From: Endomicrobiales bacterium
Lineage (GTDB): Bacteria; Elusimicrobiota; Endomicrobiia; Endomicrobiales; CAWCFT01
Length of the DNA: 64,000 nt
NCBI GenBank assembly: GCA_963794945.1
Contig: CAWCFT010000006.1
Coordinates: 96,001 to 160,000, forward strand
Direction: 5' to 3'
Positions 10,038 through 20,244 of the stretch are shown in pieces. Position 1 is the first letter of the stretch. Each line of letters starts with the position of its first letter. The notes beneath the pieces are model-generated. The model searched no databases and had not been told where the DNA came from. It was given only the letters and a program-made list of their open reading frames with translations. The position numbers and the translations under genes are program-made.

Positions 10038-11309
10038 CACTTCTGTCCGGTTAAAAAGCGAACGCCATTGTTAGTTGGCGGTCTGTGTTTTTGATTTTAG
10101 GCAGCAATCGATCATTCAAATTAAGTAAGTCAATGAGATTGAGGCGTTCAAGAAGCGTTTCCTGAATGACTTTGTGCAGGTAGAACAGTGAATATTTATA
10201 TTTTGACTGATATTTGATGTAAGACAGAAGCAAGTAGTAGCACATGGCAATCCAGATCTGCGTAAGCACAGCGTTCTTTGAAGTGCCAAAGAATGTTTTG
10301 ATTTTAAGGTTCTGCTTGATCCACTTGAAAAAGACTTCAACTTGCCAGCGGGCTTTATAGATACCAGCAATAGTAGAAGCGGCAAGCTTGAAGTTGTTGG
10401 TAATAAAAACAAGCAGTTTATCGGTTTGCTTGTCATAGTAACGGATCAAGCGCAGTTCTTTGGGATAATCCTGCTTCTGATAAAAGCCGTTCAAGGCGAT
10501 AATTTCATCTGAAATTACGCTGTTTTTTGATGATTCAGGATGCTGTCCGGAAACAGTGTAATTGATGTTGTCTTTGGCTCTGGTAACGAAGAAAGCGCCT
10601 ACTGTGTCTATTGAATTAAACCAGGCAAAGTCTATATAGCCCTTGTCCATGCAGTAGATGCTGTCCGGCACAATGTCAAAAGAAGAACGGGCAACGGTTA
10701 TTTCGTGCTTTTTGGCATCTGTGACAACCATGAACGTGGGTATCTGCCCGGCATGGTCTAACTGGCAATGCAGTTTTATAGCCCCTTTGGTAGTGCGGAA
10801 TTTTGCCCATGAAAACATTGACAGGCACAAGTCAATGACTGTGGCGTCAAAAATGAACAATGGGTTTTTAAACTTGAATTTGTGTGTAGGGGTTATATTC
10901 TTACAGCGTTCAAGCAAGGCATAAAACAACCCTTCATATATGCGGTAGTCGCGTTTCTGGTTGGCATCGGCAAGAGTAGAACGGCGCACAATGGCAAGGC
11001 CGACATGGTAGAGCTTTCCGGCTTGCGCCAGAAAAGCATTAACAATATCACGCAAGCTGTCCTTGCCGCTGATTTGGGCATAAAGCATGACTGTTAGTTG
11101 TTTCCAGCAATTGAAGGTTTTGACGTATCTGTCCCCGAAATGACGAGAAACGAGGTTTTCAAAACGATGTCTCGGAATAAACGTTTGCAATTGGTTCATG
11201 ATAGTGTTATAATGCATCTTATCAATCCTCCGTCAGTAGATTTGTTCCTTTGCAGAAACATTCTACCTGATCGGGGGATTTTATTCAAATTTTAACCGGA
11301 CAGGTTCTG
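10038..11309 (-). mobile_element. Complete IS4-family insertion sequence (1272 bp)
   Basis: Terminal CA...TG, perfect 14-bp inverted repeat core CTGTCCGGTTAAAA (10043-10056 / 11290-11303), flanked by a 9-bp target duplication ATATATTAT (10029-10037 / 11310-11318). Confidence 0.93.
10051..11217 (-). CDS. IS4 family transposase (DUF4372 + DDE_Tnp_1)
   Basis: SLRDI, RSTLADAN, FDATVI, MDKGY and YREK-type YKARWQVEVFFKWIKQ motifs; stop codon lies inside the IR. Confidence 0.95.
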   Translation of the reverse strand: MHYNTIMNQLQTFIPRHRFENLVSRHFGDRYVKTFNCWKQLTVMLYAQISGKDSLRDIVNAFLAQAGKLYHVGLAIVRRSTLADANQKRDYRIYEGLFYALLERCKNITPTHKFKFKNPLFIFDATVIDLCLSMFSWAKFRTTKGAIKLHCQLDHAGQIPTFMVVTDAKKHEITVARSSFDIVPDSIYCMDKGYIDFAWFNSIDTVGAFFVTRAKDNINYTVSGQHPESSKNSVISDEIIALNGFYQKQDYPKELRLIRYYDKQTDKLLVFITNNFKLAASTIAGIYKARWQVEVFFKWIKQNLKIKTFFGTSKNAVLTQIWIAMCYYLLLSYIKYQSKYKYSLFYLHKVIQETLLERLNLIDLLNLNDRLLPKIKNTDRQLTMAFAF

Positions 11310-11354
11310 ATATATTATATATTAAAATGGATGACCATGTCAGCAGCAGTCTTG

Positions 11355-11850
11355 CTATATGCTGATCTTCTCATAAACCTTTTTTCCGGTTGTTTTATTT
11401 TTGCCGAAGAGTTCAATGGAACGCACCTTGGGAAAAGGCCTGCCTTCACTCTCGGTGATAAACATTTTTTCAAGGTAGGCTGGTTCCCCAGCGATGACTA
11501 TCTCTGCTTTCCCGCCCTCTTTACCGCCGTAAACTTCGATCTCTCTTTTTTTGAACGACTTTATCACAAGATGGCACATACCGTTTGCTTTATCGTACTT
11601 GCATTTAAAACCGTACGCCTTTTTGTCAAAAAAACCCAGCTTTTCCCTGTGCCCATCTTTAGCGGCCATTATCCAATACGCTGTGACTGGATGTTTCTGG
11701 GTCCAATTTCCCGTCAGGCCCAATATTGACATCGTAATGCACCTCGTTAGTATTCTTGGTGCGCGTGATAATGAACAAGGGTTTTGTTTGTTCCGCTAAA
11801 ACGTTCGCAGCCATAAGCAAAAATATCAAGACAAACAACATATATTTCAT
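11355..11850 (-). CDS. DUF4833-like secreted protein, frameshift near 11700
   Basis: Signal peptide then LF.I.RTKNTNEVHYD..GKLDP continuing in the other frame as HPVTAYWIM..REKL...KKAYG..IELFG...YEKI. Confidence 0.75.
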
Positions 11851-11884
11851 TGTAGTACCCTCCCATTATCGTAGTTAACTCGGA

Positions 11885-12088
11885 TCACATCTTCGGCCCG
11901 CGGAGCAAACCAAAAAATCCCACGCCTGCCACGAACGCCCCGCCTATCATAAGCCATATCGTTTTATTTGTAGGCGAACCCGTAAAGAATCGTGAAATAT
12001 CAGAATTAAACGAGTTCGAAGCCTTGACGCCGTAAATGATCAGTATTATTCCAACGATAATAAGCGCAACAGCTATGCCCCTATTCAT
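11885..12088 (-). CDS. DUF3185 family small membrane protein
   Basis: SFNSDISRFFTGSPTNKTIW between two TM helices. Confidence 0.88.
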   Translation of the reverse strand: MNRGIAVALIIVGIILIIYGVKASNSFNSDISRFFTGSPTNKTIWLMIGGAFVAGVGFFGLLRGPKM

Positions 12089-12101
12089 ATAAATCTCCTT
12101 G

Positions 12102-12989
12102 CTATTCTTTGCAGCAGTTAAGCGCTGCGTCTACAGTTTTGTTGTAGTTCTCGACGTGGCTCTTTAGCTGGTCCGGCGCAACGCCTTCTTTGAGCAGGGC
12201 TTCCATCCTCTGCTTTACTTCTTTAACGTTATCCCACATAAGGCTCTTGAACAACCGTAATGAGCCTTCTTCACCCATCGCGCATTTTCCGTCCTGGTAT
12301 ACCAGCGGCACCACAAGCTCGCCCGCGCCCTTCAGGCAATTCTTGTGGACTTTTTCCATCTCGGTGTGCGCGGGGCCCGCGGAAACGTCTTTTTTTATTA
12401 TGTTGAACATTTTGTAAAGGTCGTTGCGCACAAGAAAAGCCTCTAATGTCTTGCAATGCACACAGTCGGCTTCGTAAAAGATCGTGACGTTCTTTTTCAG
12501 CAGATCCGCGTTCTTCTCCTGTGCGGCGAGCTTTTGGGGCTGCAGGATTATCTCCCAAAACATGCGGAAGAGCCGGTACGATCTTTCGAAATACGGTTTT
12601 GCCTGGGAGAGCTCTTTTTTATTGAGCACCTTGGTGCCGACTTCCATAAGCCTCATGGACGACGCGAGCAGGTGCTTGCCGATGCACCACACTTCACCCT
12701 CGTAGTCCACAACTATCTGTTTAAGAAGCACTTTCCTTATCTCGCGCACCTCGTTTAGCAGGTCGTAGTAGCTGTCTTTGCCCGTTTTGTTAGCGGTAAA
12801 AAACAGGTGTTCTTCGATGCTTATCAGGTTCATTATGCCTATGCTTAGGTCTTCGTCAAGCGAAAGGTCAAGCTCGCGCCCTTTGGCTGCCTCTTTCATT
12901 TTATCGAGAAAACCCGCTATATCTTTTTTTCCTGCCACCGCGCCTGCGTGAGCGTTCAAACGTTTGCTTTTCATGCTGTGTCCCTCCAT
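12102..12989 (-). CDS. Hypothetical helical protein fused to a glutaredoxin-like CxxC domain
   Basis: N-terminal helical region DEDLSIGIMNLISIEEH..EVWCIGKHLL; C-terminal FYEADCVHC..VVPLV; ends NCCKE. Confidence 0.65.
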   Translation of the reverse strand: MEGHSMKSKRLNAHAGAVAGKKDIAGFLDKMKEAAKGRELDLSLDEDLSIGIMNLISIEEHLFFTANKTGKDSYYDLLNEVREIRKVLLKQIVVDYEGEVWCIGKHLLASSMRLMEVGTKVLNKKELSQAKPYFERSYRLFRMFWEIILQPQKLAAQEKNADLLKKNVTIFYEADCVHCKTLEAFLVRNDLYKMFNIIKKDVSAGPAHTEMEKVHKNCLKGAGELVVPLVYQDGKCAMGEEGSLRLFKSLMWDNVKEVKQRMEALLKEGVAPDQLKSHVENYNKTVDAALNCCKE

Positions 12990-13084
12990 TTAACTGCATC
13001 TCCCATCAATGAACATCTACACGAACAATGAACTGCGAGAATAACTGACAACGCGAAACATAGTATTGTCTTTTTCATAACCTT

Positions 13085-13993
13085 TTAGAACATATACGTA
13101 AAGTTGCAGACAATGATGCTTATCTTATAGCTTAACAAGCTGTTGTCAATGAATGAATCAGTGTAAATGTAAGTAAGCTTGAAAGATACCCCTGTCCGTT
13201 TAATGGTTTTTTCCAACCCTCCTTCAAAATAGAAAGTATCGGTTCTACTGTCATCGTTTATCTGTTGGAGCCCCGGACCTGCCTTTAATGTCAGTCTGAT
13301 GCCTTTTACCAGTCCTCTTCTATATGCGATCAACAAACGTTGAAAATTTATTGTTTCGGGATTGAAATATCCCGTAGTATCGATCTTTGTATCCCTGAAC
13401 TGGCGGTGCCATAGCTGCAGAGACAAACCCTCCAACGGGAGGAACAAAATGACTTTTCCAAGCAGCCCGGTCCTTTCATTGCCGTCACTAAAACTTCTAC
13501 TGTCACCGCCCGTGATTAAAATAAACTTTTTGCATATAGGTATATCGGCGCTCTCTGACCAGGTGAAAACCGAAATATCATTATCCAAAGCATAAAACGT
13601 ATCTAATATGCTTTTATCGATGCTTGTTTCAAGGCGAAATCCGCCGGGAGCCGTATAGACGGCATTGCCGTTGAACACAAGCATGGATTTATCCAGGTAT
13701 TGCAGGGAGCCGCCTTGAACGGACAACGCCCATCTGTCATATGCTTTATTCGTATACCTTAACTGATAAGACTGCGTGTTTTCTGACCTTGCCGGATCAC
13801 TGTAGCCTGAAAAACCAAACAACAACCCAAGCGTCGATTTGTTCCTTATCTCATCGTTTATGGATAATACTTGCTGCGATAATATCATACTGTCGCTATC
13901 CTTAGTAAAGTATCCGTCATATGAAGGAAATAAAGCAGCCTTTGAGGCAGATGCGAACAACAACACAGGAAGTATGATCATTGTTCTTTTCAT
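13085..13993 (-). CDS. Outer-membrane beta-barrel protein (probable polysaccharide export partner)
   Basis: Internal signal peptide MKRTMIILPVLLFASASKA, alternating beta-strand pattern, C-terminal F. Appears fused to the upstream GT2 only through an A7 run. Confidence 0.65.
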   Translation of the reverse strand: MKRTMIILPVLLFASASKAALFPSYDGYFTKDSDSMILSQQVLSINDEIRNKSTLGLLFGFSGYSDPARSENTQSYQLRYTNKAYDRWALSVQGGSLQYLDKSMLVFNGNAVYTAPGGFRLETSIDKSILDTFYALDNDISVFTWSESADIPICKKFILITGGDSRSFSDGNERTGLLGKVILFLPLEGLSLQLWHRQFRDTKIDTTGYFNPETINFQRLLIAYRRGLVKGIRLTLKAGPGLQQINDDSRTDTFYFEGGLEKTIKRTGVSFKLTYIYTDSFIDNSLLSYKISIIVCNFTYMF

Positions 13994-15277
13994 CTTGAAC
14001 CCCAGGTTTTTTTCAAGGACCAGCAGCTCCGTAAAATACCCTGATACCGACGCGGGCGCAAGGAAAAATTGATAAATGGCAACATAAAGGAAAAGCCCCC
14101 ACAAATTCCTTCTTACCTTCAACCCTTGTGTGCGGAACATATGGTTCTGTATCATGAACATCAGGCAACTTATTAGAAAAGTCATCGGCAAAACAAGCAG
14201 CGTGAAAGGTCCAGCAACGTAAAAATACCCGAACAAAGCCATTATTACCCCGGGAATGAATATAAAAAGGTAAACCGAATCGAGTATTGGGAACGCCGTG
14301 TTCCAGAATATGAACAATGTTGAGAACCTGTATTTAAACAATATTTGAGGATTAAACTTAAAACCTTCTATCATACCCCTTGCCCAGCGCTTTTTCTGCT
14401 GATAAAATGCGCTGTATGTTTCCGGGGCATTAGTAAATGCGACCGCGTTTTCCGCGAACCCCGTGCGGTCGCCGCGGCTCAGCAAATCCCACGTAAGCAC
14501 AATATCTTCACCAACAGTCTGTTTCCATCCGCCTATCTTCAAAATAATGTCTTTGCGGTAAATGGAAAATGCCCCCTGCACTACAAGTGTGCCCTGAAAA
14601 AGGCTCTGCATCCTTTTTATTGACCCTATACCCAAGAAATAATCCCATTCCTGAAGTTTTGTAATAATATTCTTCCTGGAGTTCCTTACCAGCACGGCTC
14701 CGGCTACAGCCGCCATGTTTGGCGGATCTGAATACAAACGCTCAACTATGTTCTTTAAAGCATTGCGCCAAAGATATGTATCTGAGTCAACCGATACTAT
14801 CAGGCCATACTTTGCCTCTCTTAGGCCAGTATTCAGCGCTTCGGCTTTGCCTTTGTGCTCATTCCTTAAACATTTTATACCCGGCAATTCCGCGAGTATC
14901 TGGGCAGTTTCATCAGATGAACCGTCGTCAATGACTATTATCTCAAAAAGCCCTTCATACTCGTTTTGCCTTATGGATCTAACGGTGCCCACGATCTTGC
15001 TTGACTCATTATAATCTGGGATTAGGATAGTGAGCCCGGGCAATCCGCCAAGATATCTTGCTTGAGGGCGGCGGTCCACCAGCAGGCTCAGGGCAACAAA
15101 TGTATAAATAAAACCCGGGATGATCGCTATTGTGTATACAATAAAGCTTGCCAGGTAGAACGGCATATGTTTCGTGAGGCCTTTCATCCAGGGGGCCGCC
15201 AAATACACGCACAAAACTACCCATACTACTGAAGCGGCCAAACACAAATAAAATTTATCTTTTACGGGAACGTACAT
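13990..15277 (-). CDS. Processive GT2 glycosyltransferase (PgaC/IcaA-like)
   Basis: DDGSSD, GKAEALN, VDSDT, VGED and QKKRW (QxxRW) motifs with flanking TM helices. Removing one A from the A7 run ends it KTWGSR* with an ATGA overlap onto the next gene. Confidence 0.85.
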
Positions 15278-15330
15278 ATGGCTACCAGGGCCAGCGTTGT
15301 AAAATGTAAAATCTAAATCTTTCCGCGACG

Positions 15331-16461
15331 TTATACAAACAAATATGTATACGCTGTCAGTATAAAATAGAACACGGGCGTCCTGTTAGCTTCAAGCGCC
15401 TTGGCGGAAAAGGTACTGAACTTGATGTTAACATGCTCGAACAGCACCACGTCGCAGCCGAGACCAGCGCTCACCGATGATTTCAGATTGTAGACATTAC
15501 CGAGGTCCCTTGCATTGCCTATCTGCGCCGTCTCACCCGTGAGGTCTATGGTCATTATGCGGAATTTGGCCCTCAAAGCCTTTTCTTTTACGTTCCTTAC
15601 TATAGGTATGTGATAGTTCAATCTGCCGTACACCAGGGTGTCGCCATAGAATTCCCTGTAGTTGTACCCTCTAAGTATATCGTAACCCCCCACAAGATAA
15701 ACATCGCTTATCGGCCTTAAGTCCGTTGTCATCGGGAAATAGTATTTGAAATCTGACTCGAGGTAATCCCATGTCCTCGGCATGTATGTGTTCTTCGCCT
15801 CTATCTCGCCTTTGGTATATTCGTAATCACTCCCTAAGCCGCAGTACGAGCCGTAAAGCGTGGCGGACAACATGCTCCCGTTTGGGACAGGGTTCAACAC
15901 GTTAGATGTGTCATACTTGATGCCAACGGACTCAAGCAGGACATTACCTTTATCGTAATCTACAGTGTTATCTACTGAAGCCGTAAGCGTGTTGCCGAAC
16001 GAAGACGCTACTTTAAGCTCCGTAAACCTGCCAAGCTTATACCCGAAATACGGGATGATGTTATGCACTCGCTCAAAATAAGTCTTTGGGCCCAGGTTCA
16101 GCTCGAAATATATCGTGTCATCGAGAGCCCCGCCCGCAAAGAAAGGCGCAAAGTTGTACCTCAGATCAAACCCTATATGGAAAAAGGTGTTAAGCATGTC
16201 GTATCTGGATGCAACATCGAACGTAGTGCTGGATATCTGCTGATGAACAGATAATTGTATTTCACTGTTCGGCAATATGAAGCTGAAGTCCGGCACCTGA
16301 ACCATTCTAGCGTCGGTTATCTTTATATTGGGCATATCGCTGGCCGGATCGGCCTTGGCGAACGTAATCAACGTGCAAACGGCACATACCGCGAATATAA
16401 TAACTCGCGCCTTCTTAAGGTTTCGTATCGGTACATACATGGGTATCTTACTTTTCTGCAA
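15331..16461 (-). CDS. Omp85/BamA-TamA-like outer-membrane barrel protein (no clear POTRA domain)
   Basis: Signal peptide; LGSDYEYTK and VGGYDILRGY motifs typical of Omp85 barrels. Confidence 0.7.
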   Translation of the reverse strand: MQKSKIPMYVPIRNLKKARVIIFAVCAVCTLITFAKADPASDMPNIKITDARMVQVPDFSFILPNSEIQLSVHQQISSTTFDVASRYDMLNTFFHIGFDLRYNFAPFFAGGALDDTIYFELNLGPKTYFERVHNIIPYFGYKLGRFTELKVASSFGNTLTASVDNTVDYDKGNVLLESVGIKYDTSNVLNPVPNGSMLSATLYGSYCGLGSDYEYTKGEIEAKNTYMPRTWDYLESDFKYYFPMTTDLRPISDVYLVGGYDILRGYNYREFYGDTLVYGRLNYHIPIVRNVKEKALRAKFRIMTIDLTGETAQIGNARDLGNVYNLKSSVSAGLGCDVVLFEHVNIKFSTFSAKALEANRTPVFYFILTAYTYLFV

Positions 16462-16491
16462 CTCTATGTATATAACGGATAATGACTATCA

Positions 16492-17967
16492 CTATTTAGC
16501 TGACGCGGATGTTCCTATAGCTTCACCGCTAACTATCAACTCAACCCTGCGGTTTTGTTGACGCCCTTCAGGCGTGTCGTTCGTCGCGATCGGAACGGTT
16601 TTGCCAAACCCGCGCGATGCTATGGAACTGCCCGCGACACCCTGGTTGACAAGATAATCCTTCGCTGCCTGGGCTCTTTGTTCCGATAACCCCTGATTGT
16701 ATTCATCCGAGCCGACGCTGTCGGTGTGCCCTTCAACACTGAGTTTTAAATCGGGATGGGCCGATAAAATTCCCGCGATTTTTGCCAGTTTCTCACGGAC
16801 CGCAGGCCTGAGGTTAGAACTTCCTGACTGGAAAAGAGAGTCTGGCATGCTAACGATCAATCCCCTGGCTGTATCGCGTGTTTGAAGGATTGAATTTAAC
16901 TGTGTCAACAGTTGGGCCCGTAATACGGCTTGATCGCCTTCGGCCTTTTTTGCTCTATTATTGGCGACATCCGCCTGTCCTGAAGCGCTGGTCGCCAAAG
17001 CAAGTGCCGCGGCACGCTCTGTATCCGACTGGCCTTTTGCCACCTCGGCTCTGGCCCGTGCGTCTTCAGCTTGCGCCTGCCCCAGAGTTGCGGCGTTAGC
17101 CTGGCTATTGGCCATGGCTATCTGATCCTTCGATTTCTGTTGCTCTTTAGCAAGAGCTTCATCCGTCTCACGTTTCACGGCTATGGCACGGCTGTCCTCA
17201 GCGCTTTGAACGGCTTCTCGAGCAGTCATTGAACGGCCTTTTTTCCCGCCTTCCTTTGTTTCAGACAAAGCAAGAAGCCTCTCGGCATTTGCAAAACCTT
17301 CAGCCGCGTAGATATCCGCGCCGGCGTTTTTGGCTATTCTAACAGCATTGCGGGCTTGATAAACATAAAAAGGCGTTTTCTTATCAACGGCTTGCGGCTG
17401 GATATCAGTGGCGGATATATTTTTTGTGTATTCTCCTGCCGGAAGCAGTTCATATTTTGCATCAACTAACTCGATCTTATCTGTGTTCCCCGGCTTTATC
17501 GCGTTTTCCAGGATCACGACACTTCCCGGTTGAGAAACAGCGAAATAAGGCTCCGCCGTCACGATAAGGCTCAAGGCCTGGAGAGATGTTTGTGCGTTCA
17601 GCCGGCTTTCGCCGTTTTTAACTATAAGTTCTCCAAGGTTGGTTGCCCTTCCATCAGGCGATATTGCCCACAAAACATAGGTCAAATATTCGATGCCGAA
17701 TTGGCTGGGTGCGGTCAAGTTCTCAAATTCCGTTTTAATTACCGTCTCACCTGCTTTATTCCTCACATTAGCGGTTCCTTTGGCGTTTGGAAGAAGCACG
17801 GTGCCTTTGAAATCAATATCAACAGACCCTTTCAGGTTCCTGTAATTGATAGCTTTCGCCGCCTTTTGCACGGCTGTGACCTGGTTTGCGGCTTGTGCCG
17901 TGTTTATCCAAGTTTGCCCAATCAAAAACATGCTGAAAATGAACAATGCGTTTAACTTTAACTTCAT
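16492..17967 (-). CDS. OmpA family protein with Ala-rich coiled-coil linker
   Basis: C-terminal VEGHTDSVGSDEYNQGLSEQRA..GRQQNRRVE; start moved to ATG 17967 (AAGGAG RBS, signal peptide). Confidence 0.9.
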   Translation of the reverse strand: MKLKLNALFIFSMFLIGQTWINTAQAANQVTAVQKAAKAINYRNLKGSVDIDFKGTVLLPNAKGTANVRNKAGETVIKTEFENLTAPSQFGIEYLTYVLWAISPDGRATNLGELIVKNGESRLNAQTSLQALSLIVTAEPYFAVSQPGSVVILENAIKPGNTDKIELVDAKYELLPAGEYTKNISATDIQPQAVDKKTPFYVYQARNAVRIAKNAGADIYAAEGFANAERLLALSETKEGGKKGRSMTAREAVQSAEDSRAIAVKRETDEALAKEQQKSKDQIAMANSQANAATLGQAQAEDARARAEVAKGQSDTERAAALALATSASGQADVANNRAKKAEGDQAVLRAQLLTQLNSILQTRDTARGLIVSMPDSLFQSGSSNLRPAVREKLAKIAGILSAHPDLKLSVEGHTDSVGSDEYNQGLSEQRAQAAKDYLVNQGVAGSSIASRGFGKTVPIATNDTPEGRQQNRRVELIVSGEAIGTSASAK

Positions 17968-17993
17968 AAAATTCTCCTTTGTCCTTTTAGACT

Positions 17994-18143
17994 TCACAAG
18001 ACCTTGCGGCCCTGGATAAGACGGATCAGCACTACCACAATAGCCACAACCAACAGAATATGGATGAACCCGCCCATCGTGTACGAACTGACCAGCCCTA
18101 ACAACCACAATATCAACAACACAACAGCTATCGTCCAAAGCAT
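17994..18143 (-). CDS. lmo0937-family (DUF5670) small membrane protein
   Basis: Manual translation MLWTIAVVLLILWLLGLVSSYTMGGFIHILLVVAIVVVLIRLIQGRKVL*; GGGAG RBS; below the ORF-track cutoff. Confidence 0.9.
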   Translation of the reverse strand: MLWTIAVVLLILWLLGLVSSYTMGGFIHILLVVAIVVVLIRLIQGRKVL

Positions 18144-18169
18144 ATTCTCCCCCCGGATTTTTGAGCGGC

Positions 18170-18445
18170 TTATCTGCCTATATTTTCGATATATCTTCCA
18201 ACGTCCTTGATCTCCTTGCCGGCCGACCGCACCATTCCTTCAATATTGTTTTTCTGCTTGATTATTTTTTCTTTGGTTTTCAGGATCATCTCTTCCGCAC
18301 CGGAAACCAGGTCGTCTTCGGCGCCCAATATTTTTTTTCGGGTCTCTTTCCCGGAAGCCGGAGCATAGAGCACACCTAACCCTAATCCGAGAATACCCCC
18401 GATAACAAACGCTGTGAATACTTCTCCAGTGTGACTTGTTGCCAT
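18170..18445 (-). CDS. YtxH domain protein (paralog of 4862-5113)
   Basis: GGILGLGLGVLYAPASGKETRKKI. Confidence 0.85.
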   Translation of the reverse strand: MATSHTGEVFTAFVIGGILGLGLGVLYAPASGKETRKKILGAEDDLVSGAEEMILKTKEKIIKQKNNIEGMVRSAGKEIKDVGRYIENIGR

Positions 18446-18490
18446 AACAGGCCTCCTCTTGAACAGTAATATTAAATTGCGGCTCCGGCT

Positions 18491-18943
18491 CTATTTTACG
18501 ATAACTTCGAAAATCACCCTCATGTTGGCTTTTGCTTGTCTCGACTCGATGTGCTTCGGCACAGGCTCATACTCAGCCGACTTCAAGTCGCCGTAGGCAA
18601 ATACTTTCAGCCTTTCCGGCGCAATATCCCCCGCTATAAGTATTTTCCTTACGGTATTTGCCCTTCTTTCGCTCAGCTTCTGGTTGTACTCACCGGTGCC
18701 GGACGCCGAAGTATACCCCGCGATACGGACCTTAGCTCCGGGATTATCGTTAAGCGCCCTGATATTGTGTATCATCGCCCTCTCACCGCTTCTTGTAAGG
18801 GTGTCCGTACCGAATTTAAAATGCGCGTCCTCAAGTATGATGAGCTTATCAAGGTCAACTACCTTAGGCTCATTTGAGGTCGCGCATGAAAACAATACAA
18901 ACCCGATTACAGCCAGCACCGACAACATTATGATATTTTTCAT
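18491..18943 (-). CDS. OmpA family lipoprotein
   Basis: Lipobox LFSC; HFKFG, IAGYTS..YNQKLSERRA..NMRV OmpA-C motifs. Confidence 0.88.
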   Translation of the reverse strand: MKNIIMLSVLAVIGFVLFSCATSNEPKVVDLDKLIILEDAHFKFGTDTLTRSGERAMIHNIRALNDNPGAKVRIAGYTSASGTGEYNQKLSERRANTVRKILIAGDIAPERLKVFAYGDLKSAEYEPVPKHIESRQAKANMRVIFEVIVK

Positions 18944-18963
18944 ACATTATCCTCTATCGCAGC

Positions 18964-19587
18964 TCAGCGGTGTTCTTCCTCGCCCCTGCCTTCGCCTCCG
19001 TGGCCTTCTTCACGGCCGCCGCCCCGGCCCATATTTTGCCCGCCGCCTTCACCGCCGTTCTGAGGCGCCTGTTCTCCACACCTTCCAGGATTATTGATGC
19101 CGGCCCCAGTTCTGTTTTCACCGCCTCTATCCGGATTGACAGAACCGGCCTGTGTTTTCACCGCACGGCTGCTTACATTTTTCGCGCGCCCTGGACGCCC
19201 TTTCCATGATTTATAACGGATATGCGGCTGCCGGGCGAACTTTGTACGGTAGTCCGTCGGAACCCTGAATACCGCCCTCGGAACATCCTGGCCTCTGATC
19301 CGGCCCCATCCGCTGCGGTAATATCTGGAACGGTACCAATAGCTTCCTCTCCGGGACCACCAAAACCCGTTGAAGAAAAATATGTCATACGCGAGGCCGG
19401 GGACAAAATAAACCCCGTAACCCGGCGCATAAACGATCTCGTCCGGTTCGTCGTACATAATGACCGGCGGGCCGATGTTCACCTCAACGTTAACTCCCGC
19501 GAATACTTCCCAGTCAGCACCCGGCGGGATTATCCCCGAAGCAAATATCGTCACTACTGCCAAAAACTCGCAAAAATACTTTTTCAT
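18964..19587 (-). CDS. Secreted hypothetical protein with aromatic-rich core and Gly/Glu/Arg-rich tail
   Basis: Signal-like N-terminus, VNIGPP, YFVP..DIFF.NGFWW..WYRS..GW motifs; GGGAG RBS. Confidence 0.7.
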   Translation of the reverse strand: MKKYFCEFLAVVTIFASGIIPPGADWEVFAGVNVEVNIGPPVIMYDEPDEIVYAPGYGVYFVPGLAYDIFFFNGFWWSRRGSYWYRSRYYRSGWGRIRGQDVPRAVFRVPTDYRTKFARQPHIRYKSWKGRPGRAKNVSSRAVKTQAGSVNPDRGGENRTGAGINNPGRCGEQAPQNGGEGGGQNMGRGGGREEGHGGEGRGEEEHR

Positions 19588-19628
19588 GTTTTATCTCCCG
19601 CCTTCATCATAAATATTTTTGTTTTGTC

Positions 19629-20008
19629 TCATTGGTTCAACCTTGTTATTTTCGCCTGGCTTAGCTTTACGCTGACACCTGTTTGTTCCTTAATAATGTT
19701 TTCTAGGTTTTCATCGGTACAGCGGTTGGGGTCAAATCTAACTACTTTCGCGTGCTTGAGGTCTAACGAACTTCTAGATGATCCCGGCAGATATATCGCA
19801 CCGGTGCTGAAGTCTACGGCGAAAGCTATAACACCCGGGATTATGAACAGGAGCAGCCCGATACCGTCAAGGACAGCTACCCCTCCGTCAATCCTGCCGC
19901 CGCGCTGCCCCTTCGCCCGGGATATATGATAGTCCCGCAGCCTGCCGTTTGAACGATCAGTACCCCGCAGATAAACAGCCTTAGCGCGCATAATAATTTT
20001 GACATCAT
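19629..20008 (-). CDS. Conserved hypothetical lipoprotein, frameshift near 19915
   Basis: Frame from ATG 20008 gives a lipoprotein signal ..QTAGCGTIIYP, joining KGQRGGRID..LDGIGLL.FIIPGVIAFAVDFSTGAIYLP in the tracked frame. Confidence 0.7.
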
Positions 20009-20244
20009 AAACACCCTCCAGTTTTCCGGCCACTAGAACAGCAATTCCAATTTTCTTTCCAAGATATTAGTTTCGCAAATTCGGCATAGCAATGTAATAA
20101 CTTAACTCCCAGTTTTGCTATCTTTATTCGCACAGACATATTTTCATGATTTAAATATTGCAGGGAATTCGGAAGGACAAAAAAACCGCACGCGGCCAAA
20201 AAGGCCGGACGCGGGGTTTTACTTAAAATTTACTCCTCTTTCAT

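Noticed and set aside
13085..15277. 730-aa GT2/beta-barrel fusion as given by the ORF track
   Set aside because: One base fewer in an A7 run gives a normal GT2 end (KTWGSR*) overlapping a signal-peptide ATG (ATGA); likely an indel artefact.
16492..18138. Cys-rich N-terminal extension on the OmpA protein
   Set aside because: That stretch belongs to the lmo0937-family gene in another frame; the true start is 17967.
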